Assembly: GCA_016196885.1 (NCBI GenBank) | Contig: JACPWU010000034.1 | Span: 1-30,836, forward strand | From: Chlamydiota bacterium | GTDB lineage: Bacteria > Auribacterota > JACPWU01 | DNA length: 30,836 nucleotides | Direction: 5' to 3' | Shown: in pieces, positions 24,801 to 30,836 of the stretch | How the letters are laid out: each line of letters opens with the position of its first letter | Position numbering within the stretch: position 1 is the first letter of the stretch | The notes under the pieces: model-generated | Seen by the model: the letters and a program-made list of their open reading frames with translations, nothing else | Told to the model about the DNA's origin: nothing | The model's database searches: none | Program-made: the position numbers and the translations under genes

Positions 24801-25159
24801 AAGAGTTCCTCAATCTTTTTCATCAAATCCTGACTCTCGAAAGGTTTTGTGAGATATCCATCTGCTCCGACACTCTTGGCCGTAGCAATGTCGCCTTCCT
24901 GATCGAGGGCGGTGAACATAATAATAGGAATGGTTTTATATTTGTCGTCAAATTTTAGAAGGCGGCAGATTTTATAACCGTCTAACTTGGGAAGCATCAC
25001 ATCTAGGAGAATTAAATCTGGACTTGTTTGGCGGGCGGTATCAAGCCCCGTCTGGCCATCATTTTCGACTTGCACTTCATAATTTGCATTCTCAAGTCGC
25101 TTCTTGATGAGGGTCGCCATCCATATTTCATCTTCTATCACTAAGATACGTGTGGCCAT
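24791..25159 (-). CDS. stand-alone CheY-like response regulator receiver (122 aa)
   Basis: ILVIEDE, the phospho-acceptor context DLILLDVMLPKLDG, PIIMFTAL, and GADGYLTKPF. Confidence 0.9.
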   Translation of the reverse strand: MATRILVIEDEIWMATLIKKRLENANYEVQVENDGQTGLDTARQTSPDLILLDVMLPKLDGYKICRLLKFDDKYKTIPIIMFTALDQEGDIATAKSVGADGYLTKPFESQDLMKKIEELLKK

Positions 25160-25221
25160 TTTTATGATTTATCATATCATCTTCACTTTAAAAAAACATT
25201 GTTATTTCCCTTCAAATTTTC

Positions 25222-25250
25222 TTGAATGCCTTTCGCATTACGTCTAAGAT
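25222..25250 (+). promoter_or_regulatory. candidate sigma70 promoter for trxB (TTGAAT, 17-nt spacer, TAAGAT)
   Basis: Hexamers at 25222-25227 and 25245-25250. Implies the tracked start 25226 is upstream of the transcript. Confidence 0.4.
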
Positions 25251-25276
25251 GTGAGACTGATAAAAAAAGGATGCCT

Positions 25277-26212
25277 ATGTTAGAAAACAAAATTCATAAA
25301 GTTCTCATTCTGGGCTCGGGGCCTGCGGGACTCACGGCCTCTATTTACGCAGGAAGGGCGAATCTTGCCCCTGTGGTGGTAGAAGGGACTCAGCCGGGCG
25401 GGCAGCTGACCATTACCACGGACGTAGAAAATTATCCGGGGTTTCCAGAGGGGATTCAAGGGCCTGAACTCATGGTTCTTTTTCGAAGGCAGGCCGAGCG
25501 ATTTGGCACGACTTATGTGTCCGGAGATATCACGGCCATTGATTTAAAGAAGCGCCCTTTTACGGTTTTCTTAGAAGGTTCGGAACTTAAAACAGAGACT
25601 TTAATTGTTTCAACGGGAGCTTCAGCGAAGCTTTTGGGAATTCCATCTGAAAAAAAATTGATGGGACATGGGGTATCGGCATGTGCCACTTGCGACGGTT
25701 ATTTCTTTCGAGGGAAAGAAATTGCTGTCGTGGGAGGGGGAGACACCGCGATGGAAGAGGCAAATTTTCTCACGCGATTCTGCTCCAAGATAACAGTGAT
25801 TCATCGTAGAGATCAGTTGAGGGCATCTAAGATTATGCAAGAACGCGCCTTTAAAAATCCCAAAATTGATTTTATCTGGAACGCGGCTGTGGAAGAAATA
25901 TTGGGAGAACCTGCAAGCGGCGTTCAAGCCCTTCGTCTTAGGGATACAAAAGAGAATCGTGTTTATGAAAAATCCTTTCAAGGAGTGTTTGTTGCGATTG
26001 GGCATGAACCCAACACACGCTGGTTTAAAGGGCAATTGGATTTAGATGACAAAGGCTATATGAAAACGAAAAAGGGTTCTACCGAAACCAATGTTGCCGG
26101 AGTCTTTGCGGCAGGAGACGTTCAGGATCATAAGTATCGCCAAGCCGTTACTGCAGCAGGTAGTGGGTGCATGGCCGCGATGGATGCGGAGAAATTCTTA
26201 GAACAGTTTTAG
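25277..26212 (+). CDS. trxB: thioredoxin-disulfide reductase
   Basis: FAD site GSGPAGLTASIYAGRA, redox-active CATCDG, NADPH site GGGDTAMEEA, and GVFAAGDV. ATG 25277 has AAGGA 5 nt upstream; ATG 25271 is an alternative. Confidence 0.95.
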   Translation: MLENKIHKVLILGSGPAGLTASIYAGRANLAPVVVEGTQPGGQLTITTDVENYPGFPEGIQGPELMVLFRRQAERFGTTYVSGDITAIDLKKRPFTVFLEGSELKTETLIVSTGASAKLLGIPSEKKLMGHGVSACATCDGYFFRGKEIAVVGGGDTAMEEANFLTRFCSKITVIHRRDQLRASKIMQERAFKNPKIDFIWNAAVEEILGEPASGVQALRLRDTKENRVYEKSFQGVFVAIGHEPNTRWFKGQLDLDDKGYMKTKKGSTETNVAGVFAAGDVQDHKYRQAVTAAGSGCMAAMDAEKFLEQF

Positions 26213-26270
26213 GTTTTGAGTTTTGGATTTTGAGTTTTTAACCCAAAACCCAAAACCCAAAACTCAAAAT
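26212..26270. repeat. heptamer-arm hairpin (GTTTTGR / CCCAAAA units) between convergent trxB and the DHH gene
   Basis: GGTTTTGAGTTTTGGATTTTGAGTTTTT / AACCCAAAACCCAAAACCCAAAACTCAAAAT. Confidence 0.8.
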
Positions 26271-26281
26271 TTAAGACTGCC

Positions 26282-27301
26282 TTACTCAAGCAATGCCTTC
26301 AACTCCAACACGTCTTGCTTGGTTACGGATTTGATAAATTTTTGAATCAGCTCGTCTTCGAGGATGAGAAGTTCTTCAGGGGGGATGTCGGGACAATTGA
26401 TTTTTCCTCCTGCAATCATGCCATGGCCTCCTGCGGTTCCCTTGGGATGGACCATTTTTTGAACAAGTTTCCCCGCATTGGCTCTTTCTTGAGAAGTCCT
26501 CACTGAGAGAAGCAATTTATCTTCAAATTGTCCGAGCACGAGCGACCAACTGACGCGCTCTAAGCGCAGCAAGAGGTCGGCAATGAAGGGGACATGGTCC
26601 GGATTTTGGATGATCCCAAGTTTTGAAACGATGACATTGCGATAGGTGAATGCGTTTTGAAGGGCTTGAGAGAGATTAAGAAAATAATCCCTAGAGAGTT
26701 TAGGATGTTCGATGCGGGAAAGAATTCTTTTGTGGGTGTAAGGGAAAAGTGATAAGTAAGCCTGGCGGTCTACTTCTTCTGCTTCTCGGCCCAGGTTTTG
26801 TGTTTCAGATGAAAGGCCGTAGAAAAGGGCTGTGGCCAAGGTTGCCGGAATTTCAAGTCCGCTTGCGAAGAGGTATTCTGTGAGAAGGGTAGCCGTGGCC
26901 CCATAATTTTCTCGAATGTCTAGAAAAGCTCCTTTTGTTGTTTTTCGAGGGGGATGGTGATCGATCACAATCGTAGGTGTTATGGAATGAGGTAGGGAAT
27001 TGTTACCGGTTCTAGGTTGGGTATCGAGCAAGGCAAAATGATGGTATTTTTCGAGCAGTTCTTCGTTAAGGGGAGAGGCAGGAATTTTTAGAAATTGAAC
27101 CATGGCCCTGTTTTCGGCTCGTCCCACAATGCCGCCGTAAGCAATTTTAGACCGGATTTTGAATTTTTTTGCTAGAATGTAACGCAAAGTGGCAGCGCTA
27201 GATAGGGAATCAGGATCCGGATTGTCATGGGTCAAAATTAGGATTCCATGACAACCCTTTACGGCTGCTTCTAGTTCAAGTAGTTTTTCTTCAGTACTCA
27301 T
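26282..27301 (-). CDS. DHH/DHHA1-family phosphoesterase (NrnA-like oligoribonuclease / pAp phosphatase)
   Basis: Motifs THDNPDPDSLSS, VIDHHPP and GGHGMIAGG (DHHA1). ATG 27301 (or 27316) chosen; the tracked start 27406 would overlap the divergent mutT. Confidence 0.85.
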   Translation of the reverse strand: MSTEEKLLELEAAVKGCHGILILTHDNPDPDSLSSAATLRYILAKKFKIRSKIAYGGIVGRAENRAMVQFLKIPASPLNEELLEKYHHFALLDTQPRTGNNSLPHSITPTIVIDHHPPRKTTKGAFLDIRENYGATATLLTEYLFASGLEIPATLATALFYGLSSETQNLGREAEEVDRQAYLSLFPYTHKRILSRIEHPKLSRDYFLNLSQALQNAFTYRNVIVSKLGIIQNPDHVPFIADLLLRLERVSWSLVLGQFEDKLLLSVRTSQERANAGKLVQKMVHPKGTAGGHGMIAGGKINCPDIPPEELLILEDELIQKFIKSVTKQDVLELKALLE

Positions 27302-27349
27302 GATGAATCTAGCCATTATATAGGAATTTACAGAAGTTAGGGAGAGAAA

Positions 27350-27742
27350 ATGATTGAGGTTTGCGCGGCTTTGATCGAGGAAAATGGAAAATACCTGGTT
27401 GCTCAAAGATTACCCTGTGCCAAACATCTTCCTCTTTACTGGGAATTTCCGGGAGGAAAAAGGGAGAACGGGGAATCTTTAGAGGAATGTTTGAAGCGGG
27501 AAATTTTTGAGGAACTGGATGTGGAAATTGAAGGGGGGGCTTTGTTGGGTCAGTGGTCTTACCATTATTCTGATCGCCAGGTGGTTCTTTATTTTTATGA
27601 AGCGAGCATTGTGTCAGGAAAACTTCATAAAAAAGACTGTCATGATTTTAAATGGCTAAGGCCAGACGAAATGGAGTATGATGTTTTTCCACCGGCAGAT
27701 GTACCCGTGATTCAGAGGTTGAGGGAAAAGATTAAAAGGTGA
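27350..27742 (+). CDS. mutT: Nudix hydrolase, MutT-like (8-oxo-dGTP diphosphatase family)
   Basis: Nudix box GGKRENGESLEECLKREIFEELDVE. 130 aa. SD GGGAGAG. Confidence 0.85.
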   Translation: MIEVCAALIEENGKYLVAQRLPCAKHLPLYWEFPGGKRENGESLEECLKREIFEELDVEIEGGALLGQWSYHYSDRQVVLYFYEASIVSGKLHKKDCHDFKWLRPDEMEYDVFPPADVPVIQRLREKIKR

Positions 27743-27756
27743 ATCAAAATGGGATC

Positions 27757-27853
27757 ACTCCCCCAACCCCTAACTCCCCAGGCCCCTCTTACCTTAAGAG
27801 GGGGTATTGATGAAAGAGGGGGTATTGTTTTAAGAGGGGAGAAAACCCTCCCC
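27757..27853. repeat. C-rich palindromic element, copy 3 (partly duplicated)
   Basis: ACTCCCCCAACCCCTAACTCCCCAGGCCCCTCTTACCTTAAGAGGGGG...TTTTAAGAGGGGAGAAAACCCTCCCC. Confidence 0.7.
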
Positions 27854-27861
27854 TTTGTTAT

Positions 27862-28047
27862 GAAAGTGGATGATGGATCATGGATGATAGATGATGGATT
27901 CCTCTCTCTCGTTCAAGCTTGTGTAGTCGCCCGATTCATCGGGCAGCCCCATAAATGGGGCGACTACAAAAAAAGCATGATGGGAAGAACTTTCATCGCA
28001 CACGATGATCTCGAAAGATCATCGAAATTTATATGAAAGGGCTAACC
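27862..28047 (+). repeat. copy 2 of the repeated leader block, upstream of the flavin reductase gene
   Basis: GGATGAT heptamer tract (27868-27900), REPIN-like core (27922-27968) and a conserved hairpin CGATGATCT-CGAA-AGATCATCG (28003-28024), ~23 nt before ATG 28048. Confidence 0.75.
27922..27968. repeat. REPIN-like doublet
   Basis: TGTAGTCGCCCGATTCATCGGGCAGCCCCATAAATGGGGCGACTACA. Identical to the reverse complement of 11085-11131. Confidence 0.85.
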
Positions 28048-28521
28048 ATGGATTTACAAGCAAAGAAAAAAGCTTTGAAAATGATTTCGTATGGCCTTTA
28101 TATTTTAACGGCAAAGGCGGATGAAGTGGCTGGTTGCACAGTGACCTGGCTTTCTCAGGCCTCGATGAATCCTCCGATGATTACAGTCAATCTGGAGAAG
28201 GAAAGTCATACCTATAAAATGGTAGAAAAGAGCCGACAATTTGTCGTTAATTTTTTGGGGAAGGGACAAAAGGAAATCGCTTCGAAATTTTTTAAGCATG
28301 TTCAAGTTGAAGACAGTAAAATCAATGGTTTTGATTTTAGAACTGGAGTGACAGGCTCGCCCATTCTTTTGGAGGCGGTCGCTTATCTTGAATGCCGTGT
28401 AGTGGATATTTTGAAACAGGGCGATCATCATGTGGTCTTGGCTGAGGTGATTGAGGCAGGGGTCCAAAAAGAGCTTGAACCTTTGGCATTGAGGGAGACG
28501 GGGTGGAGTTATGGAGGGTAA
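28048..28521 (+). CDS. flavin reductase-like FMN-binding domain protein
   Basis: Flavin_Reduct-type sequence (LKMISYGLYILTAK...GCTVTWLSQASMNPPMI...FVVNFL...GDHHVVLAEV). ATG 28048 has AAGGG upstream; ATG 28033 is an alternative. Confidence 0.8.
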   Translation: MDLQAKKKALKMISYGLYILTAKADEVAGCTVTWLSQASMNPPMITVNLEKESHTYKMVEKSRQFVVNFLGKGQKEIASKFFKHVQVEDSKINGFDFRTGVTGSPILLEAVAYLECRVVDILKQGDHHVVLAEVIEAGVQKELEPLALRETGWSYGG

Positions 28522-28543
28522 AAAACAGCCGTGGGCCTTGAGG

Positions 28544-28592
28544 ATTGAGTCGTGAGTGAAAAATCATACCTATAAAACTCACGCCTCACGCC
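28544..28592. repeat. short heptamer-arm hairpin (GAGTCGT / CTCACGC units)
   Basis: ATTGAGTCGTGAGTG ... ACTCACGCCTCACGCC. The loop GAAAAATCATACCTATAAA resembles the loop at 30670-30687. Confidence 0.6.
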
Positions 28593-28612
28593 TAATTTCG
28601 GACACAAATCCT

Positions 28613-28807
28613 CTAGCCCGAACGAGGGACGAGCCCCATCAAATCCACTTCTATTTTTTCTGGTGTGTTTTCCTTTGAAAGACCCATACGATTTGACAAG
28701 CGGTGCACGTGAGTATCCACCACAATTCCTTTTAGAATAAACTTTTCAATGGATGCAAACCCTAGATTGCTTGACACCGCTTGTCTGACGATCGTAGAAT
28801 GGCGAGA
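28613..28807 (-). pseudogene. nth: endonuclease III (Nth, HhH-GPD family) gene remnant
   Basis: The minus-strand frame reads ...[40 protein letters not shown]. This matches the conserved Nth block (E. coli: TIAVDTHIFRVCNRTQFAPGKNVEQVEEKLLKVVPAEF). There is no start codon, most of the N-terminal domain is absent, and the C-terminal 4Fe-4S Cys cluster is missing. Confidence 0.55.
28771..28800 (+). promoter_or_regulatory. candidate sigma70 promoter for tRNA-Cys (TTGACA, 18-nt spacer, TAGAAT)
   Basis: Perfect -35 at 28771-28776 and -10 TAGAAT at 28795-28800, ~50 nt upstream of the mature tRNA 5' end. Confidence 0.5.
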
Positions 28808-28849
28808 CTAAAAAAAAGTTTAAAAAAGGAAGAGGAGTTTCGCGACGAC

Positions 28850-28922
28850 GGCGGCGTACCCAAGTGGTTAAGGGAGCAGTCTGCAAAACTGCGATTCACC
28901 GGTTCGAATCCGGTCGCCGCCT
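28850..28922 (+). tRNA. tRNA-Cys (anticodon GCA)
   Basis: Cloverleaf folded by hand: acceptor GGCGGCG/CGCCGCC, anticodon arm GCAGT-CTGCAAA-ACTGC, T arm ACCGG-TTCGAAT-CCGGT, discriminator U. CCA is encoded at 28923-28925. Confidence 0.9.
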
Positions 28923-28930
28923 CCATTTAA

Positions 28931-29052
28931 AGCAGGGTTTAGGGCATAGGGTGTAGGGGAAAAGCAGGGCTTAGGGTGTAGGGCATAGGGGGTTCCTATT
29001 AATTGAAATCATTACTACCCTAATCCCTAAACCCTAAGCCCTGTGCCCTGCT
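28931..29052. repeat. heptamer-arm hairpin (NNTAGGG / CCCTAAN units) between the two tRNA genes
   Basis: Left arm is duplicated: AGCAGGGTTTAGGGCATAGGGTGTAGGGG and AGCAGGGCTTAGGGTGTAGGGCATAGGGGG. Right arm is CCCTAATCCCTAAACCCTAAGCCCTGTGCCCTGCT. Confidence 0.8.
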
Positions 29053-29058
29053 TTTGAA

Positions 29059-29142
29059 GCCGGAGTGGTGGAATGGCAGACACAAGGGACTTAAAATCCC
29101 TCGGCTGAATAAGCCGTGCCGGTTCGAGTCCGGCCTCCGGCA
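29059..29142 (+). tRNA. tRNA-Leu (anticodon UAA), long variable arm
   Basis: Acceptor GCCGGAG/CTCCGGC, anticodon arm AGGGA-CTTAAAA-TCCCT, variable arm CGGCTGAATAAGCCG, T arm GCCGG-TTCGAGT-CCGGC, discriminator A. CCA is not encoded. Confidence 0.9.
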
Positions 29143-29176
29143 GATTTCAATTTTTGTTAAGGAGGAAAAGGTAAAA

Positions 29177-29566
29177 ATGCTGGTAAGACAAAGTTGGCTA
29201 CAAGCAGTTCTTTTCCTTATGATTCTGAATCTCTGTGCCTGCTCTAATAAATTAACTCTTTTGGAAGATAAGCTTAAGAGAACCATTGAGGAGGGAGACC
29301 AAGGAAGAATTAAGAGACGTATCATCAGTCGTATGGGGGGAGCTTTCAATGTTGATAACGTTCAATTTAAACAAACTTTTCAAGAAGATTACACCTATGT
29401 TGCGATCGTAACTTTTAAGAAAAAAAATATTCAGGACGAGTCTCAGAGGCGGGCCCTACCGCAATTGGGAAATCTGCCGTCTACGGATCCTCGTGCAGGA
29501 CAGGTGCATGCCCGGTTCAAATATTTAGAGGAGGAAGACCGCTGGTATTTTGATCAGTTTGTCTAA
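29177..29566 (+). CDS. putative lipoprotein (129 aa)
   Basis: ATG 29177 follows AAGGAGGA. Signal peptide MLVRQSWLQAVLFLMILNLCAC with a lipobox-like L-C-A-C. The tracked start 29054 overlaps tRNA-Leu and is rejected. Confidence 0.55.
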   Translation: MLVRQSWLQAVLFLMILNLCACSNKLTLLEDKLKRTIEEGDQGRIKRRIISRMGGAFNVDNVQFKQTFQEDYTYVAIVTFKKKNIQDESQRRALPQLGNLPSTDPRAGQVHARFKYLEEEDRWYFDQFV

Positions 29567-29568
29567 GA

Positions 29569-29651
29569 CAGTACATCGTTCAACGAACATCGTACATCGT
29601 TCTGCCTCTATAGGGTTTTACGAAGTACGATATACGATGCACGAAGTACGG
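29569..29651. repeat. heptamer-arm hairpin (ACATCGT / ACGAWGT units)
   Basis: CAGTACATCGTTCAACGAACATCGTACATCGTTC versus TACGAAGTACGATATACGATGCACGAAGTACGG (about 24 of 33 positions pair), followed by TTTT. Confidence 0.65.
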
Positions 29652-29672
29652 TTTTAAAACAAGGAGGAGGTT

Positions 29673-29906
29673 ATGGCCGTTTCTGCGTATGTCTTTATTG
29701 AAACAGCACAGGCGAAGGCGAAGGATGTAAACCGTTTTGCCAAAAAGATAGAAGGCGTAAAGGCCTGTCATGCTGTGACAGGTCCTTATGATGTGGTGGC
29801 TTTTGTCGAGGCGCCTGATATTTCTGTCCTGGGAGAATTTGTGGTGGCCAAGATTCAAAATATTCCAGGGGTGATTCGCACGCTCACCAATGTGGTAGCG
29901 GAATAA
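29673..29906 (+). CDS. stand-alone Lrp/AsnC-type ligand-binding (RAM) domain protein, 77 aa
   Basis: AYVFIET...VKACHAVTGPYDVVAFVEAPD...IQNIPGVIRTLT matches the AsnC_trans_reg fold pattern. Strong SD AAGGAGGAGG. Confidence 0.75.
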   Translation: MAVSAYVFIETAQAKAKDVNRFAKKIEGVKACHAVTGPYDVVAFVEAPDISVLGEFVVAKIQNIPGVIRTLTNVVAE

Positions 29907-29909
29907 ATA

Positions 29910-29993
29910 ACGGACAGCGTTTAGCGTGCAGCGTTCAGAAAGAATGAATCAGCTCCTTATAAACTGACCGCTGACCGCTGTACGCTAAACGCT
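29910..29993. repeat. heptamer-arm hairpin, NNAGCGT subfamily, third copy
   Basis: ACGGACAGCGTTTAGCGTGCAGCGTTCAG ... loop with CAGCTCCTTATAAA ... CTGACCGCTGACCGCTGTACGCTAAACGCT. Confidence 0.8.
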
Positions 29994-30076
29994 TCTTGGT
30001 TATTCATCAAAATTCATTGACATTCAGAGGTCCCAATGCAATCATCTAAAAAAATGTAGGAGGCTAGAGTTAGAAA

Positions 30077-30625
30077 ATGACATCTCCCTTTGTTCCAAAG
30101 AAAGTTTTTTTTACCAATGGTGTGGGTTCTCACAAAGAAGAGTTGAGGTCTTTCGAGCTTGCCTTGAGAGATGCAGGTGTTGAAAAATGTAATTTGGTTC
30201 ATGTCTCTAGCATTTTGCCTCCCTATTGTAAAATCATTCCAAAGAAGCAGGGTGTGCAGGAACTTTATCCGGGTATGGTGACTTATTGCGTGATGGCCCA
30301 ATGTCGGAGCAATGAGCCCAATCGTTTGATCGTGTCTTCTGTCGGTTGCGCCGTTCCGATGGATAAGGGAATGTATGGGTATTTAAGCGAGCATCACGCC
30401 TATGGCCAGACAGAGAAATTTGCCAGTGATTATTCAGAAGATTTGGCTGCGGCTATGCTTGCGTCTACTTTGGGTCTTGAATTTGATGAGACGAAAGGGT
30501 GGGATGAACAAAAAGAACTTTATCACCTCAGTGATAAAATTGTCCGCTGTACCAATGTGACTCAGTCAGCCATTGTGAAAAATGGTTGGACGACGGTGGT
30601 CTCCGCAGCAATTTTCTTGTTCTAA
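30077..30625 (+). CDS. pdaD: pyruvoyl-dependent arginine decarboxylase
   Basis: PdaD-family sequence: PKKVFFTNGVGSHKEELRSFELALRDAGVEKCNLVHVSSILPP, with the Ser-Ser self-cleavage site. 182 aa. Confidence 0.9.
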   Translation: MTSPFVPKKVFFTNGVGSHKEELRSFELALRDAGVEKCNLVHVSSILPPYCKIIPKKQGVQELYPGMVTYCVMAQCRSNEPNRLIVSSVGCAVPMDKGMYGYLSEHHAYGQTEKFASDYSEDLAAAMLASTLGLEFDETKGWDEQKELYHLSDKIVRCTNVTQSAIVKNGWTTVVSAAIFLF

Positions 30626-30627
30626 TT

Positions 30628-30720
30628 GAGTAAAAACCTGTTGTGAGGGGTAAGGGATGAGTGGTGAGTAAAAATAAAACCTTCAAAACTCACCCCTCAC
30701 CCCTCACCCCTGTTTTACTC
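30628..30720. repeat. heptamer-arm hairpin (GAGGGGT / CCCTCAC units) after pdaD
   Basis: GAGTAAAAACCTGTTGTGAGGGGTAAGGGATGAGTGGTGAGT ... ACTCACCCCTCACCCCTCACCCCTGTTTTACTC. Confidence 0.8.
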
Positions 30721-30836
30721 CACCACCTTCCTAAAATAAACCGTAGAATCAATATTGGATGAGCCTGTCTCATTATTGCCAGACCAAATCCAATGGGCTG
30801 AGCTGTCTGTGAACCCTGAGATGTTGGTACCCCAGG
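30715..30836 (-). CDS. possible 3' end of a convergent minus-strand gene running off the window (last 39 codons)
   Basis: The minus-strand frame is open across the last 120 nt: ...WGTNISGFTDSSAHWIWSGNNETGSSNIDSTVYFRKVVE*. The stop (TTA 30715-17 on +) lies in the hairpin arm, as at two other convergent gene ends. Too short to verify, and a second frame is also open. Confidence 0.3.
   Translation of the reverse strand, partial: WGTNISGFTDSSAHWIWSGNNETGSSNIDSTVYFRKVVE

Noticed and set aside
27749-28036. 95-aa ORF that shares a near-identical ~30-aa peptide (SWM.D.GFLSLVQACVVARFIGQPHKWGDYK) with the 94-aa minus-strand ORF at 10948-11232. It looks like a conserved hypothetical protein family.
   Set aside because: The shared peptide is the translation of a near-identical nucleotide repeat (C-rich element + GGATGAT tract + REPIN palindrome). 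Identity is at the DNA level, with no synonymous-site pattern. There is no RBS, and the ORFs span palindromes. Treated as non-coding repeat.
28931-29052. TTAGGG/TTTAGGG-type repeats as true telomeric sequence or eukaryotic contamination.
   Set aside because: Each unit is degenerate, and the tract is paired with its complement as a hairpin like the other heptamer elements. It is embedded between two bacterial tRNA genes within contiguous bacterial sequence.
29054-29176. N-terminal 41 codons of the tracked ORF 29054-29566.
   Set aside because: This segment is the tRNA-Leu(UAA) gene read as protein. The real CDS starts at ATG 29177, after AAGGAGGA, with a signal peptide.
4289-30720. Possibility that the many short repeats represent CRISPR arrays.
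   Set aside because: No array of identical direct repeats with unique spacers of regular length exists. The repeats are inverted (hairpin arms) or degenerate tandem 7-mers, and no cas genes are present.

Overview
Chromosomal segment of moderate GC from a bacterium whose taxonomy I cannot assign from sequence alone. Almost all genes are on the + strand. In order: an orphan 502-aa protein; the elongasome operon mreB-mreC-mreD-mrdA(PBP2)-rodA, followed by RNase G; a soluble histidine kinase with a degenerate GGDEF tail (- strand); a ~13-kb type IV pilus / T2SS-like cluster; then housekeeping genes. The pilus cluster holds pilB, pilC, a major pilin, three minor pseudopilins, a 673-aa PilX/GspK-like protein with a six-bladed NHL propeller, a MerR-like HTH plus orphan ParA ATPase, a PilM-PilN fusion, PilO, a PilP-like protein and a secretin. 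The housekeeping genes are a CheY-like receiver, trxB, a DHH phosphoesterase, mutT, a flavin reductase, an endonuclease III remnant, tRNA-Cys(GCA), tRNA-Leu(UAA), a lipoprotein, a stand-alone RAM-domain protein and pyruvoyl arginine decarboxylase. The most unusual property is non-coding: nearly every intergenic gap holds a palindromic element. These are GTAG-type REPIN-like doublets, a TIR+TSD MITE that carries one, a C-rich Y-shaped family, two long palindromes inside operons, and a large set of hairpins whose arms are locus-specific tandem heptamers. Several ORF-track starts run into these repeats and were trimmed. No transposase, CRISPR array or recognisable defence gene is present.
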